IMG/VR virus record: IMGVR_UViG_2651869725_000007
DNA: 30,931 bases
From: a virus
Lineage: Duplodnaviria > Heunggongvirae > Uroviricota > Caudoviricetes
Strand: one strand, 5' to 3'
The notes under the pieces are model-generated. The model was given only the letters and a program-made list of their open reading frames with translations. It made no database searches and had not been told where the DNA came from. This document shows positions 21,316 through 29,550 of the stretch, in pieces (within the stretch, counting starts at the first letter, position 1; every line of letters begins with the position of its first letter). Both the position numbers and the translations under genes were made by a program.

Positions 21316-22362
21316 TTACCCGAGCACGCCGGTTGCAAAGGCGTGATCAAGAAAACGAAAAATTAAATCAACCTGGGAACCATGCTTTTCTTCGAACGCC
21401 AGCAGATCCGCATGAAGTTCATTGTGATGTTCCCGGCACAACGGTAGCGTGAAAATATCGTGGGATTTTGTTCCCATTCCGCCCTGACCATGACCAATCA
21501 GGTGATGGGGATCGTCGGCTGGCTTACCACAACACGCACACGGCTGTGTCTTTACCCAGCGCGTGTATTTCTCGTTAACCCAGCGGCGACGTTTAGGTCG
21601 TTTCATGAAAGATTCCGGTGACTCCGGATCAACGGCAATGCTGACCACCGTCTTTTCCTGTGGCGGGTTTTGCTGGTGGGCGTGAGGCAGCGGCGCAAGA
21701 TTTTTTGTGCGCTGTTTCAGTATGCTGGTGGCGGTCTGCTCTCCCGGTACGATGTCGCTTTCGCGGTACACCGAGCGGATTTTTTCCGCACGTAACCCCA
21801 GAGAACGACGTAATACTGCCTCTGGAAGCGCGTCCGCCACTTGATTGCAGACCGCCCACCAGGATAATTCAGCCAGCGATAATTCCCGCTCCTGCGTGCC
21901 ATTCATTGCATGGCGTATGACGTCAATCACCCATGCTGACAAGTTTTGGTGAGCAAGTTGCTCGAGTGATTCGGAGGTCTGGTCACGCAACTGGTTGTCG
22001 CAGTGCCAGCACAACACCATCGCGCCGGTACCATAACGATGTATGACGATTTCACTGTGATGATAGTCACCATGAGGCCACTGGCAGGATTTGACATGAC
22101 GCAACAGCCAGTCAGACAGTGCACCAGCGCCGCCAGCAGCACGAATCACACGCTCATTGCTGAAAAATGGCAGTAATGATTTATCCTCCGCCAGCGGCTG
22201 GAGAACGGCAGGAACGACCCCGGACGGCAGATTACGCATCCTTTTCGGTTCAGGCTCCACCAGCACTCGAAGGTTATGAAATACCTGCATGGATTCACGG
22301 CCTGGCTTAAGGACCACCAGCCCGAGTTCTGGCACCAGAACAGGTCTAAGTAATACCCGCAC
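21316..22362 (-). CDS. DUF968-family protein (YdfU-like) with C-terminal Cys/His nuclease-like motif
   Basis: 348-aa ORF; C-terminus …CACCGKPADDPHHLIGHGQGGMGTKSHDIFTLPLCREHHNELH. Family from memory; start uncertain. Confidence 0.55.
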   Translation of the reverse strand: MRVLLRPVLVPELGLVVLKPGRESMQVFHNLRVLVEPEPKRMRNLPSGVVPAVLQPLAEDKSLLPFFSNERVIRAAGGAGALSDWLLRHVKSCQWPHGDYHHSEIVIHRYGTGAMVLCWHCDNQLRDQTSESLEQLAHQNLSAWVIDVIRHAMNGTQERELSLAELSWWAVCNQVADALPEAVLRRSLGLRAEKIRSVYRESDIVPGEQTATSILKQRTKNLAPLPHAHQQNPPQEKTVVSIAVDPESPESFMKRPKRRRWVNEKYTRWVKTQPCACCGKPADDPHHLIGHGQGGMGTKSHDIFTLPLCREHHNELHADLLAFEEKHGSQVDLIFRFLDHAFATGVLG

Positions 22363-22363
22363 G

Positions 22364-22642
22364 TTACCTCCAGATCCGTTGCTGGTATGTGCGGGATGAA
22401 CGCGGTGGGCGTTCGGAGTAAGGAAGCCTGACGGAGATTATCCAGTGTCGGGAGTCAAGGCTGAGGTCTTTCTGAAACTCGTAACCACGTCTGCGGTAGT
22501 TCTGAATCAGCCATTCGGCCTGTTCTTCAGTGCATGGGTCATGCTGGAACCAGTCAGATTTGAAAGTGCGGGAGCGCCGCCCGTGCCAGCTGGCAAAGAC
22601 GGCAGAATCATCAGAATTGTGTAATTTGGTATCGTGCGCCAT
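22364..22642 (-). CDS. hypothetical protein
   Basis: 92-aa ORF abutting the DUF968 gene on the same strand; no family recognised. Confidence 0.4.
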   Translation of the reverse strand: MAHDTKLHNSDDSAVFASWHGRRSRTFKSDWFQHDPCTEEQAEWLIQNYRRRGYEFQKDLSLDSRHWIISVRLPYSERPPRSSRTYQQRIWR

Positions 22643-22708
22643 CGGCTTTCTCCGGTGGCACAGTGTTACTCAACAGGGGTTCAGCCCTGCGCTAAATTGT
22701 AGATGAAT

Positions 22709-22972
22709 TCACTCATCTTCAAAAGCAGAAAAACCAGCCTTAAGCTCAGCTTCTTTCAGAGACGGCAATGATGTGACAAATTCATTTTCACGCAGAATAA
22801 AACCACCCGTCACAAGCCCATCCACAAAATGAATTAACGCAGCTCCACTCTTCCTTTGTTGAGACTGTAAACATTTAATACGGCAGTGGCTGACAATAGC
22901 GCCATTCTCAACGCGCACAGTATAGAGGCCATCTTCACTAAAAATTTCACGTAATTCTTCGATTTTCATCAA
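22709..22972 (-). CDS. hypothetical protein, possibly Rem-like by position
   Basis: 87-aa ORF between the DUF968 gene and hok, where Qin carries rem; sequence not recognised. Confidence 0.35.
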   Translation of the reverse strand: MMKIEELREIFSEDGLYTVRVENGAIVSHCRIKCLQSQQRKSGAALIHFVDGLVTGGFILRENEFVTSLPSLKEAELKAGFSAFEDE

Positions 22973-23088
22973 CAGAATCCTTCCAGATAAATAGCACTCC
23001 CCTGTTCGGGGTCCATCCCTCTTCTCCCTGCGCGCTACTTAAGTATTTTTGATTCTATTCCGGCGCCGTCCGGAACTTCAAACGCGTT

Positions 23089-23121
23089 GAAAATAAAAAC
23101 AAAAACCCGCCGAAGCGGGTT
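23089..23121 (-). terminator. intrinsic terminator downstream of hok
   Basis: On the minus strand: AACCCGC-TTCG-GCGGGTT followed by TTTTGTTTTTATTTTC. Confidence 0.55.
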
Positions 23122-23189
23122 AAGTGCGGGTGCGTTGAGGATGCCTGACACATCAGAGGTGGCGAGGGATTTCTCCCCCGCCTGGTCTC

Positions 23190-23345
23190 TTACTCCTCAG
23201 GTTCGTAAGCTGTGAAGACAGCGACCTCCGTCTGGCCGGTTCGGATTCGTACCTCGCAGAGGTCTTTCCTCGTTACCAGTGCCGTCACTATGACGGTTAA
23301 ACAGATGACGATCAGGGCGATTAACATCGCCTTTTGCTGCTTCAT
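23190..23345 (-). CDS. hokD: Hok/Gef-family membrane toxin (HokD/RelF-like)
   Basis: 51-aa product MKQQKAMLIALIVICLTVIVTALVTRKDLCEVRIRTGQTEVAVFTAYEPEE matches HokD as recalled; start at an internal ATG of the longer ORF. Confidence 0.85.
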   Translation of the reverse strand: MKQQKAMLIALIVICLTVIVTALVTRKDLCEVRIRTGQTEVAVFTAYEPEE

Positions 23346-23536
23346 AGCCTGCTTCTCCTTGACCTTTCGGTCCGTAAGAGGCAATCTATATGTGACGAGC
23401 ATATAGGGGCCTCACTTCGATTTATAGTCGGGTGGGGCTTTTATCTATCTGCCGTTGGTGTTCATGCCCAAGGCAGATAGCCTCAAGCACCCGCAGCAAT
23501 TCTACTTAACTCTGCCGTTACAGCAAGCCGTTTTCG

Positions 23537-23562
23537 TCCGATATGGGAATTCCCATATCGGA
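23537..23562. repeat. perfect 26-bp palindrome TCCGATATGGGAATTCCCATATCGGA
   Basis: Read directly from the sequence; lies in the non-coding gap between the ModA-like gene and hok. Confidence 0.8.
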
Positions 23563-23645
23563 ATGAATTCAGTTCACCTGGCGAGGCTTAGCGTACAATT
23601 TTTTCCGTTTTGTGAGCTGCCCCTACATGCCGCTGGCGCGGCATC

Positions 23646-23677
23646 CGGAAAAAGAATCCACGTTCTGAAGGACGTGG
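23646..23677 (-). terminator. intrinsic terminator downstream of the ModA-like gene
   Basis: On the minus strand: CCACG-loop-CGTGG followed by ATTCTTTTTCC; a second hairpin (ATGCCGC…GCGGCAT) follows. Confidence 0.4.
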
Positions 23678-23683
23678 AGGATG

Positions 23684-24442
23684 TCAAGTGCCTTTCCTGG
23701 TCCAGCCATATTTTTTGAATGCAGGCGCCGCTTCATCGGTTTGTAGCCATTCTGCAAATCGACGGGTTTCATCATTTGCATCCTGACGTACTGTAATGTT
23801 CATATCACGCCATATCACGTAGTCTGGCGCTATTTCCACGACATCACCAATTTCTGGATTACTGGCTGCCCAGTCAGCCCAGGTTATCCAGACATCTGCT
23901 TCAGGCTGATTCTCAAGAGCCTTACGTGCAGTTCCGCTATTGGGCGCATATAAAATAATATTTTTTCGGATTGCGGCGACAGTTTCTATATTCCCTTTAC
24001 GTCCGGCAATATCTTCCCAGACGCCAGTGCCTGATGTATTACTGGTACCACCACCATCATTAACAATTACGCCAATCCCGGGTCTGGTCAGGTCGTCAAT
24101 ACTCCGGATATTTTTAGGATTACCTTTCTTTACCAGTAAAATACTTTTTCGCAGATAAAGAGGCTGAATATCTTTTTCACTGAAGCTGTCTTTATGGTCC
24201 CGAATGATAGCCAGAGCAGATTGTTCTGATGCGCCAAACAAGATATCTGCATTTTTTTTGGCATCTTCATTCCATTTGTTCTGTGGGCCGTAATGAACGT
24301 TCACTATAATACCTGTTTTTTCGGCATAAAGTTTGGCTGCATCAAGCAAGGCTGTATGCGGGCCACCAGGACCATACAGATTGATATCAGCATAAGCAGC
24401 AGAAGACAGGAATATTAAAAAACCTGCCATTATGTTCCTCAT
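23684..24442 (-). CDS. ModA/TupA-like periplasmic solute-binding protein with signal peptide
   Basis: 252-aa ORF: signal peptide MRNIMAGFLIFLSSAAYA, then ADILFGASEQSA, KKGNPKNIRSIDDL and C-terminal FKKYGWT resembling E. coli ModA as recalled. No transporter partners nearby. Confidence 0.55.
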   Translation of the reverse strand: MRNIMAGFLIFLSSAAYADINLYGPGGPHTALLDAAKLYAEKTGIIVNVHYGPQNKWNEDAKKNADILFGASEQSALAIIRDHKDSFSEKDIQPLYLRKSILLVKKGNPKNIRSIDDLTRPGIGVIVNDGGGTSNTSGTGVWEDIAGRKGNIETVAAIRKNIILYAPNSGTARKALENQPEADVWITWADWAASNPEIGDVVEIAPDYVIWRDMNITVRQDANDETRRFAEWLQTDEAAPAFKKYGWTRKGT

Positions 24443-24606
24443 AAAAAACTCCTTTTATTGGTTATCATGAAATAAAGTTATAAACACTACAAATAATATA
24501 TATTACATCCAGATAAACTTATCCGACTTTACCTCGTGCATAGCTTGTTATTTAAAGTTAACAAAATAAGGAAAATTATACGCATATTGAAGAGTATAAA
24601 CCTTAC

Positions 24607-24634
24607 ATGTTGATTACATTTTTGTAATCAACAT
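24607..24634. repeat. 12-bp inverted repeat with 4-nt spacer (ATGTTGATTACA-TTTT-TGTAATCAACAT)
   Basis: Read directly from the sequence, inside an 850-bp stretch of low coding density upstream of the ModA-like gene. Confidence 0.75.
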
Positions 24635-25301
24635 CCTGTTTGGAATAGCCAGCCTTTAATGGATAACTATTTCTGACAATGCAATGAGTATAATCAAGTC
24701 CATCTTCCACTGAGAATTAGAGGCGGCATGCTTTTTCCGGCTCTTGCCGGATATCCGTAATTGTCCATAATCTGCAGATTTATACCTTCAGCATGACCTG
24801 CCAGCGAAAATTTGTCCGGTGTTTCTACGGAAATAACATCAAAAGTTACACGCACTCGCGTTACCGTGTAGACCTACTTTCCTGCACTTGCAAGATCACA
24901 GTGGTGTAACCGTAACAGGAATTTATTCTCTGGACCGGCAGTAAATCCCTGAGTGGCGTGGTTCCCATATCAATTTCCAGCCAGGCAGCCTCCATTGCCA
25001 GCGTACTGGCTGGAGCCATGACCTGCCCTTTAAATCTGGCCCGACCATCCCACCGGACGTGTTCTTCTCCCCTGAACTTAGGTACAGTCATCTCCAGTGG
25101 CACAAAAGTGTCAGCGCCATGATTTTTGACCGTTATCGCGCTACGGATATTTTGTTGACTGGTGAAAATTACCCCGCAGAATCAGGCTTATTCCCTTAAC
25201 TCGGGCTTTCATCCTGACCGCCGCCTCACTACGACCAATCAGACTGCCGATGCATTTTACCTTCATTGTTAGTATCATAATTTCAGGCCTGCACCATCCG
25301 C

Positions 25302-26048
25302 TCATTGCCCGGACTTCCGACAAATCCCGGCAACCATATCTCGGTGCTTGTTCAGCTCCCGCAGCGCGGCGCAGACTCGCTCCCACTTCTGGACATGACT
25401 TTTCGCCCGACGCAATTCGCGGTTTGCCATATGCAGCGATGGTAAAACCAGGTCATCCGCTCGCGTTTCAGTAAACGATGGCAACGATTGCACAATATCA
25501 GCCACAGTTTCTGTTTTAATATCTTCCTGTGTTGCAGCTTCCTGTACTGGTAACGCAACACCTGCTGGCTGAGGAAAGGCTTTACCATCATTTTCCGTTA
25601 CCGGCACGGATTTCGGCTCTGCTGGTAACTTATCGCCCGGCATGCAGTAACGAAATTTACCGTTCTGGTTTACACGAATCAGACGACCTTTGCTGATTGC
25701 CATTGCCAGCGTTGAAGCCACTTTGCGTGATGTTGTACCGAACAACGTAGCCAGCTCATCAGCCGTTTGTGGTCCGCGTTGTTCAACCGTCGCAGTTAAA
25801 TCGCACTCCGAAATTTTAGCGACTGTTGCCGTGGTGGTTTCTTCCGACAGTTCTGCCGGCGCTGGCTGTTCCTGCTGAACGTTGTTATAAGCCACACGCC
25901 AGGTGTATACGCTTTTATCAACGAAGCCAGCCTTTCTCAGTTCCCACAGCTCGTTCAGCACTTCTTCACGACTGATATCAAGTCGCGCAGCCAGCTCTAC
26001 CGACGTGGCTTTTCCCATCGCTTTCAGTGCGTCAAAAACAGTCTCCAT
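25302..26048 (-). CDS. hypothetical phage protein with N-terminal winged-helix-like segment (possibly DUF1627)
   Basis: 248-aa ORF downstream of the replication genes; N-terminus …[30 protein letters not shown]…. Confidence 0.45.
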   Translation of the reverse strand: METVFDALKAMGKATSVELAARLDISREEVLNELWELRKAGFVDKSVYTWRVAYNNVQQEQPAPAELSEETTTATVAKISECDLTATVEQRGPQTADELATLFGTTSRKVASTLAMAISKGRLIRVNQNGKFRYCMPGDKLPAEPKSVPVTENDGKAFPQPAGVALPVQEAATQEDIKTETVADIVQSLPSFTETRADDLVLPSLHMANRELRRAKSHVQKWERVCAALRELNKHRDMVAGICRKSGQ

Positions 26049-26080
26049 AAATTTCCTCCCGGTAAAAATTACTTCTCAAA

Positions 26081-26746
26081 TCAGACAAACCCAGCCGCTT
26101 TCCGGCGTTCATATTCCTGTTTCAGCAACTCAATTGGCGTTGGTCCCGCAGGACGTTTGGGTGCTGCCAGTTGTCGCCGGACAGGCGGAACACTCAGGCC
26201 GTTGCTAACATGCTTTGCCCATTTCGTCAGCTGCCGTTCTGCAAGCCGTTTTAACTCCCCTTCGGTCATCTGGCGTTCAATCCCCTTTGAACGCATCTCG
26301 AGGCAAATGTGATACAGCACAGGCTGAGACCACGGGTACTTATCACTTCCGTCGTATCGCCAGGACTCATTGCGCCAGCGGCGGTACTCCTCCATCACAG
26401 CATCCACCGTCAGACCAAATGGATTGGCCCCGCTTTCCGAAATCAGCGCCACAAACTCAGCCAGGTCCGGAGGCCATGTTTCACCCGCCCGGCAGCAGTC
26501 CATGCACTGGCGGCAGACCTGCCGGATTTGCTGCTCAGTCATCGCGCCAATCTGTGCAATCCAGAGCTTCGAAGGTGCGGCCCCGTTCTTCTGGGTCCAG
26601 CGGTTCGAATAAACCTCCCCCATGAGCTCCCACAGCTTCCAGGTCGTTTCCGTCGCTGATAAATCCGTTTTCACGTTCCCACTGCTCACGTGCTGCCCGA
26701 ATTTCCTGAACTGCCCGTGATGCGGTTCCACCTGGTGCTGCTGCAT
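26081..26746 (-). CDS. replication protein P-like (helicase loader); start uncertain
   Basis: C-terminal two-thirds resemble lambda P (…YPWSQPVLYHICLEM…TEGELKRLAERQL…). The longest ORF overlaps the O-like gene by 212 nt; the Met at 26542 would cut this to 8 nt. Confidence 0.65.
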   Translation of the reverse strand: MQQHQVEPHHGQFRKFGQHVSSGNVKTDLSATETTWKLWELMGEVYSNRWTQKNGAAPSKLWIAQIGAMTEQQIRQVCRQCMDCCRAGETWPPDLAEFVALISESGANPFGLTVDAVMEEYRRWRNESWRYDGSDKYPWSQPVLYHICLEMRSKGIERQMTEGELKRLAERQLTKWAKHVSNGLSVPPVRRQLAAPKRPAGPTPIELLKQEYERRKAAGFV

Positions 26747-27575
26747 GGTTTACCCCCTTGCTGACTGGTTTAACCTGCGCCCTGACGTGATTTACGTGAC
26801 GGGCGAATTTCTGCTCCCACTGAACCTGCGTAAACACTTTCCCCTCCGCTGCCCAGTAGTCCCGGAATGCGGCAAGTTCAGCAGGTGTGAATTCTGTCTC
26901 CGGCAAAGCCATCCCCCACAACGCAGCCCGTCGTCGAAAATCCCGTGACGGATACCAGTTATCGGTCATCGGAAATTTTCCGATGGGTTCGCTCAGGCCA
27001 TCCAGGAATACAGGGGGGACTGCCTGTAACGACAAAACTTCCTGCTCACTGGTCGGAGCACTCTCGCGTGCGTTATGTGTGGGGTTTAAATCTTTGGGTT
27101 CCTTTGGGTTCCGTGATCCGTTTTTGGGTGTCTTTGATGGAAAATTTGGGTGTCTTTGGTTATTTTCCATGCAGCAAAGAGTTCCGTTTTTGGGGCTGTT
27201 TTGTGCTGAAACATAACCGTTTTCGGTTCTGTTTTTATTAACAGTACCAATTTTACCTACCTTTAAAGACTCCCGTTTTTGGGTGTATTCATCCTCGGTA
27301 ACACTTTCTTCAACACCGATAAGTCGGTACACCACAATTTGTTTTGTCCGGCCTTTTCTCTCACCGGTATCAACAATTAACCCAATCTCCATCAGGTGTC
27401 GTAAGCTGTCCTGCACAGTCTTTTTGTTCAGTTCCGTTACTTCTGCCAGTGCAGATACAGACGGGTATGCACACAAATCGGCACCGCACATATCAGCAAG
27501 CCAGGTCAATACTGACTTACTGGATGAACTGCCGGTTTTCACCTTTTTAGCCCATCGTAGCGCATCGATACTCAT
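26535..27575 (-). CDS. replication initiator, O-like (N-terminal HTH, repeat-rich linker, DnaT-like C-terminus)
   Basis: Start taken at MSIDALRWAKK…; the iteron repeats lie within the middle of the gene, as lambda ori lies within O. Confidence 0.6.
   Translation of the reverse strand: MSIDALRWAKKVKTGSSSSKSVLTWLADMCGADLCAYPSVSALAEVTELNKKTVQDSLRHLMEIGLIVDTGERKGRTKQIVVYRLIGVEESVTEDEYTQKRESLKVGKIGTVNKNRTENGYVSAQNSPKNGTLCCMENNQRHPNFPSKTPKNGSRNPKEPKDLNPTHNARESAPTSEQEVLSLQAVPPVFLDGLSEPIGKFPMTDNWYPSRDFRRRAALWGMALPETEFTPAELAAFRDYWAAEGKVFTQVQWEQKFARHVNHVRAQVKPVSKGVNHAAAPGGTASRAVQEIRAAREQWERENGFISDGNDLEAVGAHGGGLFEPLDPEERGRTFEALDCTDWRDD
27090..27300. promoter_or_regulatory. candidate replication origin: iteron cluster plus AT-rich segment inside the O-like gene
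   Basis: Repeated TTTGGGT(T/G) motifs, including a tandem CTTTGGGTTC pair and two near-identical 20-mers, followed by AT-rich DNA. Confidence 0.55.
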
Positions 27576-28098
27576 ACGAACCCCAGACAGATATTTGTTT
27601 ATCTGCAAAGTAATGTTGGTATTGCTGACGATACGCACGCTTGAAAGCAATAGCTTTTTCTATAAGTTCGTCAGTCTCACGTTCCACAACAGCTGGATCC
27701 GCAAAAAGTAGCCCTGACTCCACCACATCGCCATATTCTTTGTTTAACCCGGCGATCATGTACGTAATGCTTTTTCCGTCAGTAATTTCACGATACAACC
27801 TGAAATCACTGATCCGGATAGCCGCCATAATTGCCGGAATCAGCGCCGTGAATTTTTCCCGCTTATCCCTGGTGTCGATAGATTTCCAGCGTTCGAATAT
27901 CTTCACCCGGTTAACGCCCAGCGCCCGTTGATCAACCGCGCCATCATCAAACGTGACGCGTTGAACATCGATGTTCGGGCGTTCTTTCAGAGCCCAGAAT
28001 GCTTCCGTGATTAATATCGTCGCCTGCTCCTGTGTCATTCCTGGTCGGCATACCCAGGCATCCAGAGCCTCACAAACCTGTTCAGGGGTGATTTTCAT
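27547..28098 (-). CDS. YdaT-family protein in the cII position
   Basis: 183-aa ORF between the cro-like gene and the O-like gene; segment …IFERWKSIDTRDKREKFTALIPAI… resembles Rac YdaT as recalled. Confidence 0.5.
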   Translation of the reverse strand: MKITPEQVCEALDAWVCRPGMTQEQATILITEAFWALKERPNIDVQRVTFDDGAVDQRALGVNRVKIFERWKSIDTRDKREKFTALIPAIMAAIRISDFRLYREITDGKSITYMIAGLNKEYGDVVESGLLFADPAVVERETDELIEKAIAFKRAYRQQYQHYFADKQISVWGSYEYRCATMG

Positions 28099-28309
28099 TG
28101 TTCAACCGCCCCGCCCGCTTTGCCTTACGATATTCGTCATAAACTTTGGGGTCGTACTGAAGTTCCCCGCCGGATGCCTCTTGCAGGCGCATCGCGCGAC
28201 CTTCAGGAACCAGTTCCCCCCATGCAGCAATGCTTGCCAACCTAACTCCTGCGGCATTGGCAAGCTTTGTTTTGCTGCCAAAAAACGCTATAGCATCAAT
28301 TTTCAACAT
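28082..28309 (-). CDS. dicC: Cro-like repressor DicC
   Basis: 75-aa ORF MLKIDAIAFFGSKTKLANAAGVRLASIAAWGELVPEGRAMRLQEASGGELQYDPKVYDEYRKAKRAGRLNNENHP closely matching K-12 DicC as recalled. Confidence 0.8.
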   Translation of the reverse strand: MLKIDAIAFFGSKTKLANAAGVRLASIAAWGELVPEGRAMRLQEASGGELQYDPKVYDEYRKAKRAGRLNNENHP

Positions 28310-28385
28310 ATCGATCTCCTTAGATTTTCCTAAGGAAACCAGATCGTAGAGAAACCTAAGTCAAGAAAAATTAGAATTCCCTAAT
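28310..28385. promoter_or_regulatory. divergent promoter/operator region between dicC and dicA
   Basis: 76-bp gap between divergent repressor genes; contains the inverted repeat TCCTTAG-ATTTTC-CTAAGGA (28317-28336). Confidence 0.55.
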
Positions 28386-28793
28386 ATGAAAAACGAAACC
28401 TTCGGTGCTCGCCTCTTACATAGGCGTAAAAAATTAAAACTGTCTCAGGCCGCATTAGGTAAGCTGGTCAAAGTGGCTCACGTAACAATTTCTCAATGGG
28501 AAAGAGATGAAACACAGCCGGCGGGGAAAAGATTATTCGCACTGAGCCAAGCGCTTCAGTGCTCACCGACTTGGCTTCTTTTTGGGGATGAAGATAAACA
28601 ACCAGGCGAACCGATCCCGAATAATCAGCCAGCCATTCTGACAGAAGATCAAAAAGAGTTACTTCAACTGTTCGACGCACTGCCTGACTCAGAGCAAAAG
28701 GCCCTGTTGTCAGAGATGCGTGCTCGAGTTGAAAATTTCAACAAACTTTTTGAAGAACTACTTAAAGCTCGCAAAAGAAGCGCAAACAAATAA
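28386..28793 (+). CDS. dicA: CI-like repressor DicA (XRE-family HTH)
   Basis: 135-aa ORF, same length as K-12 DicA; …LFALSQALQCSPTWLLFGDEDKQP…MRARVENFNKLFEELLKAR matches DicA as recalled. Confidence 0.85.
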   Translation: MKNETFGARLLHRRKKLKLSQAALGKLVKVAHVTISQWERDETQPAGKRLFALSQALQCSPTWLLFGDEDKQPGEPIPNNQPAILTEDQKELLQLFDALPDSEQKALLSEMRARVENFNKLFEELLKARKRSANK

Positions 28794-28994
28794 CCCCTTT
28801 TTTCTCCACACCCTGTAATAAAAAGCACAAACTTTCAAACACTTGTGTTTTTTACACCAAAAAACTTAGGTTTTTCTACATAAAAATCTTGACCATATGC
28901 CTTAGGTTATTCTAAATTTCACTCATCAAGACACCGCACGGTGTTCTCAGCAAACAGTTCCGCTACTCCGGCGTTAAGGGGAAATGAGGTCAAC

Positions 28995-29150
28995 ATGGAT
29001 ACTATCGGTCTTGGCAACAACGAATCTCTGGTGTACGGCGTGTTTCCCAACCAGGACGGCACATTCACCGCGATGACGTATACCAAAAGCAAAACGTTTA
29101 AAACCGAAAATGGTGCCCGTCGCTGGCTGGAAAGAAACTCAGGTGAGTGA
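28995..29150 (+). CDS. ydfA: YdfA-like small protein
   Basis: 51-aa product MDTIGLGNNESLVYGVFPNQDGTFTAMTYTKSKTFKTENGARRWLERNSGE from the internal ATG with a GAGG ribosome-binding site. Confidence 0.7.
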   Translation: MDTIGLGNNESLVYGVFPNQDGTFTAMTYTKSKTFKTENGARRWLERNSGE

Positions 29151-29151
29151 T

Positions 29152-29280
29152 ATGGATTTCGACACAATCATGGAAAAGGCTTACGAAGAATACTTCGAAG
29201 GCCTTGCCGAAGGCGAAGAAGCTCTCAGCTTCAGTGAGTTTAAACAGGCGCTTTCCAGCTCGGCAAAATCTAACGGCTGA
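29152..29280 (+). CDS. ydfB: YdfB-like small protein (42 aa, below the ORF-track cut-off)
   Basis: ATG 1 nt after the ydfA stop; translates to MDFDTIMEKAYEEYFEGLAEGEEALSFSEFKQALSSSAKSNG. Confidence 0.6.
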   Translation: MDFDTIMEKAYEEYFEGLAEGEEALSFSEFKQALSSSAKSNG

Positions 29281-29309
29281 TAAGCGAAGCAGCACCGCGA
29301 GGAATCAGT

Positions 29310-29528
29310 ATGCAGAAACGAGAACCCGTCATCATCGCGCCAGACTATACCGATGATGAACTTTATGAGTGGATGCGCCAGAAAATTAATGCAGCGCAGG
29401 ATCTGAAATGGGCCAATGAAGCCAGGGCTAAGCAGGCTGAAAATCTGTCCGCTCTGGAGCAGGGTATCGCCAATCTGGAAAAAGCAGCGGCATTAAGCAT
29501 TGCCAGAATGATTACATACCCACGTTAA
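29310..29528 (+). CDS. ydfC: YdfC-like small protein
   Basis: 72-aa ORF in the expected order after ydfA and ydfB. Confidence 0.6.
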   Translation: MQKREPVIIAPDYTDDELYEWMRQKINAAQDLKWANEARAKQAENLSALEQGIANLEKAAALSIARMITYPR

Positions 29529-29550
29529 TAGCTAACCAACGAGGCTAATA

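Noticed and set aside
23346-23683. relB and relE genes expected upstream of hokD by analogy with Qin, and the plus-strand track ORFs 23212-23406 and 23455-23718.
   Set aside because: No minus-strand ORF of RelE or RelB size exists upstream of hok. The plus-strand ORFs are antisense to hok or span a palindrome and terminator hairpins, so they are unlikely to be coding.
24861-25386. Two minus-strand track ORFs (80 aa and 81 aa) in the low-coding region.
   Set aside because: No ribosome-binding site and no recognisable family; the second overlaps the start region of the neighbouring 248-aa gene. Treated as non-coding or decayed, with low certainty.
27090-27300. Short direct repeats that could be taken for a small CRISPR array.
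   Set aside because: The repeats are 10-20 bp, degenerate and lack unique spacers of constant length; they sit inside a replication initiator gene, which fits iterons.
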